This document shows, in pieces, positions 18,684 through 27,875 of a DNA stretch of 64,000 nt (positions within the stretch are counted from its first letter, which is position 1; each line of letters opens with the position of its first letter). The notes under the pieces are model-generated. The model saw nothing but the letters and a program-made list of their open reading frames with translations, ran no database searches and was not told where the DNA came from. The DNA is from Euryarchaeota archaeon UBA103 (GTDB taxonomy: Archaea; Thermoplasmatota; Poseidoniia; Poseidoniales; Thalassarchaeaceae). A program made the translations under genes and the position numbers. The stretch spans positions 84,049-148,048 of the forward strand of contig DAYH01000031.1 of assembly GCA_002506825.1 (NCBI GenBank), written 5' to 3'.

Positions 18684-19856
18684 TTAGTGCATGATTGCCC
18701 AACCTTTGAGCCCCAAGAAAGTTGCCATTGATTCGTGAACCTCGAACAAATCTCCAGAAGAACCGGAAACCTCCTGTCCTGATATCCTAGTAGTCACATC
18801 ATCTACGATTAACTCAACTTTACAACTATTCTGAGTACTAAAAACAGAAGATTCTGACATAGCGTCAAATGAGTTGCTCCTTCCAGGCTCCAGTCTAGAA
18901 AGAGGGAACTCGGTAACTCTCAATCCAGATTTACCATGTAGGCTTCCAATCCATCTGATTACCCTCTTGACATCGACTGTAACATTTTCATCAGTCTCTC
19001 CAACAGCTAGTGGGGCCCCTTTCACTAGTTCCCAAAAGGCCTCATTGAGTCTTTTAGTTGTGAAAACAAGTCTGGCATTATCCTCTCTTAATCTATCTAT
19101 TCTGCCTCCGGCGATTGATTCGGATGCTAATTTCTTAATCTGATCCTTGGAACAAGAAAAATTTCTAGATTTCAAACTAGAATGTAACTCATTTATTGAT
19201 TCGGTGGAGTTTTCACCGGTAGAGATATTTGCAAGGGAGTTCACTACTTTATCGAAACCGAGATCAATTCTCTCAGACCATCCGATATTTGGACCGGACA
19301 TTACTGATTGAACGTCTATTCCTACACCCGTGATATAATTCACTAGTTCCCTCCTAGCATTAGAATCTAGATGCATTAGAGATGGGTCCCTGACATGGAT
19401 GTGGAAACCTCTATGCCCAGAGAATGTTGTCTGCACATACTTTTCATCAAATCCGAACTCAGGCTCAAGGAAGTCTGACCATAGGCTCCAAGCCTGTTCC
19501 TGAATTTTCTCCATCATTCCAGGAAAGTCATTATCGGAAACGCCGGGCAGATGATCCCCGTCCAAATCAAAAATCAAATCTGCACCTAACCAACCCTTCT
19601 CCATCATTTTTCTTTGACTAGGGTCGTTGTAATATGCAGTGCTGTGGAAGCATGAATGGGGCGATCTTGTTTGCAGATACCTGAGTAAATCATCTTTAGT
19701 TGGTAACGCTCGATGCCTATCTGGGGGTTTGGACCCCCATGGGATGAACATCCATTCTCTAGAGCGAAGTCTCGGTGGCGTCCATAAATCACTAGTGGAT
19801 AAGGAACGATAGTAGTCCCCAAATCTAAGTGCGTACCTACTCCATCCAACGGCCAC
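18684..19856 (-). CDS. priS: DNA primase small (catalytic) subunit PriS
   Basis: 390 aa; catalytic DLIFDLDGDH motif of archaeo-eukaryotic primases. Confidence 0.85.
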   Translation of the reverse strand: MAVGWSRYALRFGDYYRSLSTSDLWTPPRLRSREWMFIPWGSKPPDRHRALPTKDDLLRYLQTRSPHSCFHSTAYYNDPSQRKMMEKGWLGADLIFDLDGDHLPGVSDNDFPGMMEKIQEQAWSLWSDFLEPEFGFDEKYVQTTFSGHRGFHIHVRDPSLMHLDSNARRELVNYITGVGIDVQSVMSGPNIGWSERIDLGFDKVVNSLANISTGENSTESINELHSSLKSRNFSCSKDQIKKLASESIAGGRIDRLREDNARLVFTTKRLNEAFWELVKGAPLAVGETDENVTVDVKRVIRWIGSLHGKSGLRVTEFPLSRLEPGRSNSFDAMSESSVFSTQNSCKVELIVDDVTTRISGQEVSGSSGDLFEVHESMATFLGLKGWAIMH

Positions 19857-19893
19857 GTTACCTAGGGGAGACTGTTATTCAAGAAGGTGCCCA

Positions 19894-20091
19894 TCATTCC
19901 AAGGGAAGCTTGGAGGGGACTTCGCGTGAATCGGTAGCTGAACCCTGACCGATTAATTCGACATATGCCTCATAGCAGACATATTTGTCATCTACAACTA
20001 TAGCTTCTGCAAAAGTGATTGGCTTTCCGGTTACAGAGCAAATTGGACCAAGTTGGCCAGTGGCTATGGATAGCTTATCGGGATCAGGCAT
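19894..20091 (-). CDS. Small hypothetical protein, degenerate YHS/TRASH-like pattern
   Basis: 65 aa; GPICSVTGKPI...KYVCYEAY resembles a TRASH/YHS domain with only two Cys; co-directional and directly upstream of priS. Confidence 0.3.
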   Translation of the reverse strand: MPDPDKLSIATGQLGPICSVTGKPITFAEAIVVDDKYVCYEAYVELIGQGSATDSREVPSKLPLE

Positions 20092-20122
20092 GATTGTACG
20101 TTAAGGTGGTGATTATTCACTC

Positions 20123-21037
20123 TTGCTACAGAGAGTTTTGACACGGAGGAATTTTGAATCGGCTTGCATGCGACGGCACATGAGTGATACGCCCCCGTAC
20201 AAGGTTGGACATTCCCCGGACCCCGATGATGCATTCATGTTTCATGCCATGACAACGGGTGCAATAGATACTGGCGGTAGGAAATATGAACACGTTCTAC
20301 TTGATATTGAGACGCTAAACAAGCATGCCATGAATGGGGATTACGAGGTTTCTGCAGTCAGTATACACTCATTTCCAGATATTTCTGATAATTATCACTT
20401 AATGAATTGCGGCGCTTCTATGGGAGAGGGTTATGGGCCAATGATAATTTCCAGAGAAGATATGACTATTGAAGAAGCAAAGAGCAAAGTTTTCGCCATA
20501 CCTGGTATTGGAACAAGCGCATACCTGTCTCTAAGATTAGCTCTGGGAGATGTTGAGTATCGAGTCGTGCCATTTGACGAAATTATGCCATCCGTGAAAA
20601 GGGGTGATTATGACGTAGGAGTAATAATTCATGAAGGTCAACTAACATGGAAAGACGAAGGGGTTAATCTTGTATTAGATCTGGGAATTTGGTGGAACGA
20701 AAAGACAGGTTTGCCATTGCCATTGGGTGGCAATGTAGTAAGGAAAGATCTCGGGATAGATATGTGTCAAAAAATCACTGAAGATGTGAAAAATAGCATT
20801 GAGCACTCCCTCTCAAATCCCAAAGATGCATTAAAATTCGCTAAAAAATGGGGCAGAGGGATAGATGACGATACAAATGAAGAGTTTGTCGGAATGTACG
20901 TGAATGATAGGACTCTTGATTATGGGGAGGATGGAAGGGACGCTATTCGATTATTCCTCAGGAAGGGGCAGGAGATTGGTATGGTTAGATCAGATTTGGA
21001 CGTAGACTCGATTGTTTTTGTTGGTTCGGGTGAATGA
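20123..21037 (+). CDS. Menaquinone (futalosine pathway) biosynthesis family protein, MqnD-like (VitK2_biosynth family)
   Basis: KVGHSPDPDDAFMFHAM resembles the SPCPND motif of MqnD/MqnA. The true start is probably at M20 (about 20180). Confidence 0.6.
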   Translation: MLQRVLTRRNFESACMRRHMSDTPPYKVGHSPDPDDAFMFHAMTTGAIDTGGRKYEHVLLDIETLNKHAMNGDYEVSAVSIHSFPDISDNYHLMNCGASMGEGYGPMIISREDMTIEEAKSKVFAIPGIGTSAYLSLRLALGDVEYRVVPFDEIMPSVKRGDYDVGVIIHEGQLTWKDEGVNLVLDLGIWWNEKTGLPLPLGGNVVRKDLGIDMCQKITEDVKNSIEHSLSNPKDALKFAKKWGRGIDDDTNEEFVGMYVNDRTLDYGEDGRDAIRLFLRKGQEIGMVRSDLDVDSIVFVGSGE

Positions 21038-21038
21038 G

Positions 21039-21518
21039 ATGAATGAAAAGAGGCCCGAAGTTAGTGAGTTTGATTCTGTTGATCCGGCACCTCCGAGTTC
21101 AATCATTGATGTCTCCAAACTTAGAGTCACAATATGTGATGAAGAGGAGAAGATGTTTCAGAGGATGAGGGCATTATTCGCACTCAGAAATATTGGAGGA
21201 AGAGATTCCGTTGAAGCCTTAGCGGCTGCCTTTTCATCATCATCTGCACTGTTGAAGCACGAAATAGCATATGTCATGGGGCAAATGCAAGATTCTGCTG
21301 CGGTACCGTTTTTGATAGATAGGTTGGAAGACTATGACGAGGATGTCATGGTAAGGCACGAAGCCGCAGAGGCACTAGGAGCGATAGGAGATAGGGCGGC
21401 TCTAGGAGTCCTAGAGAGGTTCAAAGATGACAAAGATGTTGTTGTTGCAGAGTCATGCGAAGTTGCGCTAGATCTTCTCGAATGGGTGTCTAGTAAAAAG
21501 CTGAATTATACTGAGTGA
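21039..21518 (+). CDS. HEAT-repeat (PBS-lyase type) protein
   Basis: Repeated VRHEAAEALGAIGD-like E/Z-type HEAT motifs; ATG 2 nt after the stop of the preceding gene. Confidence 0.6.
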   Translation: MNEKRPEVSEFDSVDPAPPSSIIDVSKLRVTICDEEEKMFQRMRALFALRNIGGRDSVEALAAAFSSSSALLKHEIAYVMGQMQDSAAVPFLIDRLEDYDEDVMVRHEAAEALGAIGDRAALGVLERFKDDKDVVVAESCEVALDLLEWVSSKKLNYTE

Positions 21519-22309
21519 GGATTGAGCCATACTGGAGGCTCGACCATTCCACAGGCTTCTTCTAGGAATAATAAGAGTCCATCGATATCATCTTGAGACA
21601 TTCTATTTCTTACTTCAGATCTAAAATAGTCTGCGACCCTGTCTTCTGGAAATCCAAGTTTTTTAGCAGTTCGGGATATTACTGAAGACCTCCAGATTTG
21701 ATCGTTTTCAAACAGTTCTACTTGCTTTATCATTTCAGAATGTGCACGCCTTAAGATGTCCTTAGAAGAGTCCCTTCTAGCTACAAATACTCCAAACACC
21801 ATTGGGAGTCCGGTTACTTTAGTCCATTCAGCCCCTAGATCCATTCTCACAAGCTCTGGATGGGAAATAGAAGCTAGAATAGCTCTATCTCCGATGAGGA
21901 GGGCTCCATCACATTTTTCCAACATAGAATTTATGTCTGGTCCGGTCTCGATGAACTTAGGATCTAACCCACGATTCTTGACTATCCAACTTAGTAATAC
22001 CTTGGAAGTTGATGAGTCTGTAGGTAGTGCGATGTCCCTCATATTTTCTATAGGTCGGTTTCCAAATAACAGAACGGAGCCAACCTTTCCATTACTAACA
22101 ATGCCAATATCTGGGAGTAGCATTAGTTCATCACTGTTGGATGCATAGTCGGCAGAGGGAATTGGAGCGGCTATACAGTCCCTCCTCATTATGTGACCAG
22201 TTAACCACGCAGGAGGAGCTGATAGTATAGTCCATTTGGGATCTATGCCATCGAAAATAGGATCACAATTAGAAAATGATACCCGGCCAATTACGTCCAT
22301 CCAGCTCAT
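21506..22309 (-). CDS. MqnA-like (chorismate dehydratase family, futalosine pathway)
   Basis: 267 aa; IGRVSFSNCDPIF resembles the MqnA RISYLN motif; periplasmic-binding-protein-like fold family. Confidence 0.6.
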   Translation of the reverse strand: MSWMDVIGRVSFSNCDPIFDGIDPKWTILSAPPAWLTGHIMRRDCIAAPIPSADYASNSDELMLLPDIGIVSNGKVGSVLLFGNRPIENMRDIALPTDSSTSKVLLSWIVKNRGLDPKFIETGPDINSMLEKCDGALLIGDRAILASISHPELVRMDLGAEWTKVTGLPMVFGVFVARRDSSKDILRRAHSEMIKQVELFENDQIWRSSVISRTAKKLGFPEDRVADYFRSEVRNRMSQDDIDGLLLFLEEACGMVEPPVWLNPHSV

Positions 22310-23524
22310 CTAGGAAACCTCGGGGACGATGACTGGGAGAATACGAGATCTACTTGATTCTGAAATATTGACTATTTCAAATACTGAGTAAGATGAGTTT
22401 CTCTTTACGGGGGTGGCACCAGCAGAAATAATCATTCTAGCCATTTGCTCGGAGCTAGTAGTGAGACTTGTCTTACTGCCTGCTTCATGCATTATTTCTT
22501 CATGTCCAACTGTACCATCAACATCATCCGCACCACAGTTAATGGCGTATGAGGCCAACTTATCTCCAATATTCATTCTGTATGCCTTAATGTGAGGAAT
22601 ATTATCCAACATAAGCCTGGATACTGAAATCATGCGAATTACCTCTTGGCCGGTGGCGAGCTGTGCTTCTGGGAGTCTGGACTTATCGGGTAAGAAAGGG
22701 TATGGGACAAAACACTGAAATCCAGATGATTTGTCTTGTTGCTCTCTGAGCCTCAATAAATGATTGATCCTATCATCCACAGATTCAACCGTACCGAATA
22801 ACATTGTACAGTTTGTAGAGATTCCCAATGAATGGGCGGCATCATGAATTTCTAGATACTCATCTGAAGATTCTTTTCCCATGCAGATACGATCCCTGAC
22901 GCTATCGACCAGAATCTCTGCACCACCGCCCGGAAGTGAGTTGAGCCCAGCCTCAGAGAGTCTAGAAAGCGTATCCGAGATGGAAAGAGAAGACCTAGAT
23001 GAAAGATGCTTTATCTCTACTGCAGTGAGGGCTTTAATGTGGATATGCGGATATTCATTTTTCAGATTTGAGAATAGTTCGCAATACTCAGAGACAGTCC
23101 ATTTAGGGTGTAAACCACCTACTGTATGGACTTCATCGATTCTTGATGAGAATGGCCTGATTCTCTCTAGGTATTCGTCAACATTCAGGGAATAAGCATC
23201 TGGATGCCTCGGACCTTTTCTGAAAGCACAGAATCTACAAGCTAATACACATACATTTGTGGAGTTGACATGAAGATTCTCATTGAAGAATATATAGTCA
23301 TTAAATCTAGCTCTCTTTACCATATCAGCCAATGAGGTGATAGAGTTTAAGCTTGGATTGTGCATCAATTTTACACCTTGTTCGAAGGTAAGTCGCCCTG
23401 TTGTGATCAGAGTGTTGAGGCAATCTAAAGCTACTAAATTTGATTTAACCGCCAGAGGGATTTCCATCGTTGAAAGCCTATTTCTCCAGTTCGAATGAGA
23501 AACTGCGGTGGCGTCGAGTGGCAT
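22310..23524 (-). CDS. Radical SAM enzyme of the MqnC/MqnE family (dehypoxanthine futalosine cyclase or aminofutalosine synthase)
   Basis: 404 aa; CRFCAF CxxxCxxC cluster motif; adjacent to the mqnA-like gene with a 1-nt gap. Confidence 0.65.
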   Translation of the reverse strand: MPLDATAVSHSNWRNRLSTMEIPLAVKSNLVALDCLNTLITTGRLTFEQGVKLMHNPSLNSITSLADMVKRARFNDYIFFNENLHVNSTNVCVLACRFCAFRKGPRHPDAYSLNVDEYLERIRPFSSRIDEVHTVGGLHPKWTVSEYCELFSNLKNEYPHIHIKALTAVEIKHLSSRSSLSISDTLSRLSEAGLNSLPGGGAEILVDSVRDRICMGKESSDEYLEIHDAAHSLGISTNCTMLFGTVESVDDRINHLLRLREQQDKSSGFQCFVPYPFLPDKSRLPEAQLATGQEVIRMISVSRLMLDNIPHIKAYRMNIGDKLASYAINCGADDVDGTVGHEEIMHEAGSKTSLTTSSEQMARMIISAGATPVKRNSSYSVFEIVNISESSRSRILPVIVPEVS

Positions 23525-23624
23525 TGTAACGTTTGGTGGTCGGGTATCGACATCATAAGAATTCGTCTATCATCATAGAGGACTCCTCCGGAAAGCATCA
23601 TTAGTTAGATTTTCTAGCAGGCAT

Positions 23625-24461
23625 GTGAATTCCGTTAGGCGTACTTCATCGATGGGCATTGTTCAGTTACAGGAGTTGGCTCGTCAGTGCCGACGCCATA
23701 TAGTCAGAATGATTCATTCTGCTGGTGCTGGTCATCCCGGAGGTTCGCTTTCAGCAATTGACCTTTTAGTTGCATTATATGGAAATAAATTACGATTCGA
23801 CGTCGAAAATCCTGAATGGAATGACAGGGACAGATTTGTCATGAGTAAGGGTCACGCAAGTCCGGCGGTTTATTCTATACTCCATGAAGTTGGATTCATT
23901 TCTGAAGCTGATATGATGTCATTCAGAAAAATGGGTTCTGTTTGTCAGGGGCATGTTGACATGAAGTGGACGGATGGAGTTGATTTTTCAGCTGGTAGTT
24001 TGGGTATGGGACTGTCTTTCGGACTTGGTTGTGCCTTGGCCGCGAGAATGGATTCTAGCGATAGAGACATCTGGGTTATGGTAGGAGATGGTGAGATACA
24101 GGAAGGCCAGTTCTGGGAAGCGGCTATGGCCGCAGATTTCCATTCTGCTGGAAGATTGAATTTAATAGTCGATAGGAATAGAATACAGAATGATGATTTC
24201 GTTGAGCTACAAATGGAAGTTGGAAACGTCGCGAATAAGCTTTCATCCTTTGGCTGGGAAGTAATGGAAATTGACGGCCATTCTATGGAAGAAATCGTTT
24301 CTGCCTTGGAGTGGTCTTCGACAAACATTAGTGCGCCAACAGCCATTATTGCACATACGACCAAAGGGAAAGGAGTATCATTCATGGAGGATAACCCGTC
24401 ATTTCACGGGAAGGCGCCGAGTGATGAAGAGTTGGAGATATCATTGGAGGAATTATCATGA
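23625..24461 (+). CDS. Transketolase N-terminal subunit (TPP-binding)
   Basis: 278 aa; GHPGGSLS and GDGE TPP-binding motifs; split TKT. Confidence 0.85.
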   Translation: MNSVRRTSSMGIVQLQELARQCRRHIVRMIHSAGAGHPGGSLSAIDLLVALYGNKLRFDVENPEWNDRDRFVMSKGHASPAVYSILHEVGFISEADMMSFRKMGSVCQGHVDMKWTDGVDFSAGSLGMGLSFGLGCALAARMDSSDRDIWVMVGDGEIQEGQFWEAAMAADFHSAGRLNLIVDRNRIQNDDFVELQMEVGNVANKLSSFGWEVMEIDGHSMEEIVSALEWSSTNISAPTAIIAHTTKGKGVSFMEDNPSFHGKAPSDEELEISLEELS

Positions 24462-25399
24462 GTGCGCCGTCTGGAGGTGGTGCTTCTCGAGATGGATATG
24501 GATCTGCTCTTTTACGGATGTCGAGTGACTCAAGAGTTGTTGTTCTAGAAGCCGATCTTGGAAAATCAACAAAATCGTGTCATTTCAGAGAAGCACACCC
24601 TGACAGGACAATATCTTTGGGAATAGCAGAACAAAATATGATCTTAGTAGCTTCTGGAATGGCCTCGTCTGGTAAAATTCCATTTGCAAGTACATTTGCT
24701 ATATTCACTGAGAGAGGTTTCGAACAAGTTAGGAATGGGGTTGCGAGGCCCGGTTTGGTTGTTCATTTGTGTGGAAGTCATGGAGGAGTACATACTGGCA
24801 CTGATGGAAGTAGCGCACAATCGATAGAAGATTTAGCTCTTTATCGGACCATTCCGGGTATGACTGTGATGCATCCATGCGATGATCTTTCAGCCGAAGA
24901 GCTCACTGTACAACTTCTCAATCACGATAAGCCATCCTATACAAGAACTGCTAGGAATAAGACTCCGCGAATGTATGATCAAAAAACCAGTAAAGATTTG
25001 CGAATAGGGAAAGGTTCAGTTCTAAGAAGCGGAGACGATGTCGCAATTATTTCATGCGGTGTGATGGTCTCTGAATCCATGAAGGCCGCTGAATATCTAT
25101 CATCTAATGGCATTGAGGCCACAGTAGTAGATATGCATACAATCAAACCACTTGACACGAATCTTATTGATGAGTTGGCTAACAAGTGCAAGGGAATTGT
25201 AACAGCAGAGGATCATTCAGTCATAGGGGGATTGGGAGCGGCAATTGCAGAGCATATCTCATACAGCGGAGGAGTACCTCTGAGAATGGTTGGAGTTTCG
25301 GATAGATTCGGAGAGAGTGGGACTCCCCGAGAGCTGATGGAAATCATGGGTTTGACCTACATGGACATAGTCGGTTCGTGTGAGTCACTAATGTCCTGA
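24458..25399 (+). CDS. Transketolase C-terminal subunit
   Basis: 313 aa; pyrimidine-binding and C-terminal domains; 4-nt overlap with the N-terminal subunit gene. Confidence 0.85.
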   Translation: MSAPSGGGASRDGYGSALLRMSSDSRVVVLEADLGKSTKSCHFREAHPDRTISLGIAEQNMILVASGMASSGKIPFASTFAIFTERGFEQVRNGVARPGLVVHLCGSHGGVHTGTDGSSAQSIEDLALYRTIPGMTVMHPCDDLSAEELTVQLLNHDKPSYTRTARNKTPRMYDQKTSKDLRIGKGSVLRSGDDVAIISCGVMVSESMKAAEYLSSNGIEATVVDMHTIKPLDTNLIDELANKCKGIVTAEDHSVIGGLGAAIAEHISYSGGVPLRMVGVSDRFGESGTPRELMEIMGLTYMDIVGSCESLMS

Positions 25400-25446
25400 A
25401 TTACGGGTAATTTCAGTATGACTGGGGTTTCATTCATGAAGTATCT

Positions 25447-26310
25447 ATGGGACCGCTCGTCATGGATGCCTCTGAGAGGATAAAAGGAGTCCTGGATGGT
25501 TCGATACATCCTTCTGAAATCAGTGGTGATGAAGAGCTCTACTACATGGCAGAAAGAATCTACGGCAGAGATGCATTAGAGAAGATGGGAGTAGAACCCC
25601 CAGTAACTCCACACGAGCTTGGGGCTATTTCACCTAATGGAAATGGCGGAGTTGAGATTCCTAAACCTGATGGTCGCGCGACCATAGATGATAGCCAGAA
25701 AACCGATGAGAAGGGGAGGAGGGTATTGATACCTCTGATTATGTTTCTGTGCCTGATTATTTCTTCATATAACGTGTCTCTAGGATTGGGTTCTGTAATT
25801 ACAAGGTGTGTTGAGGATGAACCTGCCCAGGAATTAGAAATGGAGTCTTCTTCTCATATTAACGAAAATAGTACACTGTATGTTGTTTGGAACATGTATG
25901 GCCTGAATAACTATTCAGAGTATAGACTAGAATGGAGTGTATCGCAGAATGGCTCTAGTGACGTTATTGAGACAGGAAATACTACATGGAACTCCTCTGA
26001 ATCTGCTAGGATAAACTCTCGGAATTGGATTATCGAAAGCCCTCCTTACTCCTACTTGTCGACATTGTATGAAGATGATGTTATTGTGTCATACTCTAAT
26101 GGCTCGGGGGAACAGGTAATTACCGTACTTTCCGATAACACTGAACAGAGTACTTACTGTGAAGATAATACAAGACTGATCTGGACTGAATACTCGGATT
26201 TAGAGAGTAAAGATGCTTGGGGAGAGGCCGGAACTGGGGACATAATCGATGGTGCATTGATAATGATGTTCGCAGGTCTGATGATAATTTCTGCTAGAAA
26301 AAGGACCTAG
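25447..26310 (+). CDS. Hypothetical membrane glycoprotein-like protein (cytoplasmic N-domain, TM, Ser/Thr/Asn-rich ectodomain with many N-x-S/T sequons, C-terminal TM + basic tail)
   Basis: 287 aa; topology inferred from hydrophobic stretches; C-terminal GALIMMFAGLMIISARKRT. Confidence 0.5.
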   Translation: MGPLVMDASERIKGVLDGSIHPSEISGDEELYYMAERIYGRDALEKMGVEPPVTPHELGAISPNGNGGVEIPKPDGRATIDDSQKTDEKGRRVLIPLIMFLCLIISSYNVSLGLGSVITRCVEDEPAQELEMESSSHINENSTLYVVWNMYGLNNYSEYRLEWSVSQNGSSDVIETGNTTWNSSESARINSRNWIIESPPYSYLSTLYEDDVIVSYSNGSGEQVITVLSDNTEQSTYCEDNTRLIWTEYSDLESKDAWGEAGTGDIIDGALIMMFAGLMIISARKRT

Positions 26311-27827
26311 TACATTCTAGCCAAATGATGCTTATTTGTGGTTGGAATTCCAGTAATAATACATTTTCTTGGCTCTGGATAATTTTCAACACATTCGCCG
26401 AGCATGGTGAGTCCAGAAAGTTTCTCTAAGGCCTCGGCATCAGAGTCATTTCCACAGAAAGGAAATGAGTAGACTGTACCATCGGATAGGGGTGAAGAGA
26501 ACTGATAATCACTACCTGAAGAGATGATGTCTGGTAGTTCTAAGACAAGACTGGAGAATACGTTATTCGCCCTGTACCTAAGCTCATCGGCTACTGACTT
26601 CAATGCGGCAGATACAGTATCCTCAAGAGTTTCTAGCTTGACATCATACTTCTTACCGGTCCTCTCAGTAATGACACAGTTTCCTGAGTCGATATCTCGT
26701 GGACCGAGTTCCAGCCTAATAGGCGCCCCCTTAATCTCCCAATCAAAATGTTTCACGCCTGGCCTGACATCTCTATCATCCAAATAAGTTCTAATTCCTA
26801 GTTTACTGAGTCGATCTTTAATTGTTGAAATCTCACTCATTACGTCTTCACGTACATGTGCAGCGATAGGCAGGAGGATTACCTGAAATGGAGCTATTGC
26901 AGGGGGCATGATTAGTCCTTGGTCATCTCCATGCATCCCAACTACAGAACCCAATAATCTCTCAGACATCCCAAATGTAGTCTGATGGCAGAATTTAGTT
27001 TCACCATGTGGATCTTCATACTTCAAATCAAAGGCTTTGGCCCACTGATCTCGATAATGGTGGTAAGTAGCCACCTGCAACGTCCTGCCATTGGGCATTA
27101 CAACATCGGCGGCCATCGTATACCAAGCCCCAGGAAAAGTATCCCATATGGGTCTCTTAGAAACTAGATTGGGGAGGCAGAGGTCATGTAGGATAGCCTG
27201 TACCATATTAGCATCCTCAGAAATTTGATCTGTTGCGCCTTTCTCATCTGAGTGGACGGTATGGGCCTCGAAGAAGTGAATTTCTCTAACTCTAATGAAA
27301 GACCTGGTCTGCTTGGTCTCATAGCGGAAGGTATTAACAATCTGGAATGTCTTTAGAGGAAGATCCGTATGGCTCCTGACCCATAGTGAGAACATTGTAT
27401 ACATGGGAGTCTCTGAAGTTGGTCTGAGAAACATAGGGGAGTCAAGCTCATTTTCACCACCATGTGTGACCCAGTATACCTCTTTCTTGAAGCCAGAGTC
27501 TACATCTTCCATTCTCAGTTCGGAAGGGTCAACTCCCGCCTCCCTGGCCGCCTTTAATCTAGAAACTAGTTTATTCTCCTTATCTAACAAATTTTCCGGT
27601 ACAAGCAGGGGGAATCTATGTTCATGATGATTAGTTACTGACATTTGGTCCCTAGCAAGAGTGTCAATGAGGGACATTGCCTTCAGGCCGTATGGCTTCC
27701 ATACGTCCATTCCCTTTATTGGATATCTTTTGTCCACTAGATCGGCAATCTCTACAATGGAGGGGTACCATGAGTTGAATTCAGACTTTGGAGGTATTCC
27801 CCTCTTAGCCTTCTTTGGGTCGCCCAT
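26307..27827 (-). CDS. proS: Prolyl-tRNA synthetase (archaeal/eukaryotic type)
   Basis: 506 aa; class II motifs and C-terminal zinc-binding domain typical of archaeal ProRS. Confidence 0.85.
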   Translation of the reverse strand: MGDPKKAKRGIPPKSEFNSWYPSIVEIADLVDKRYPIKGMDVWKPYGLKAMSLIDTLARDQMSVTNHHEHRFPLLVPENLLDKENKLVSRLKAAREAGVDPSELRMEDVDSGFKKEVYWVTHGGENELDSPMFLRPTSETPMYTMFSLWVRSHTDLPLKTFQIVNTFRYETKQTRSFIRVREIHFFEAHTVHSDEKGATDQISEDANMVQAILHDLCLPNLVSKRPIWDTFPGAWYTMAADVVMPNGRTLQVATYHHYRDQWAKAFDLKYEDPHGETKFCHQTTFGMSERLLGSVVGMHGDDQGLIMPPAIAPFQVILLPIAAHVREDVMSEISTIKDRLSKLGIRTYLDDRDVRPGVKHFDWEIKGAPIRLELGPRDIDSGNCVITERTGKKYDVKLETLEDTVSAALKSVADELRYRANNVFSSLVLELPDIISSGSDYQFSSPLSDGTVYSFPFCGNDSDAEALEKLSGLTMLGECVENYPEPRKCIITGIPTTNKHHLARMY

Positions 27828-27875
27828 GTATCGCCGTGTGCGAGACTGGTTTGAATAATTCGTATCATAGAGCTC

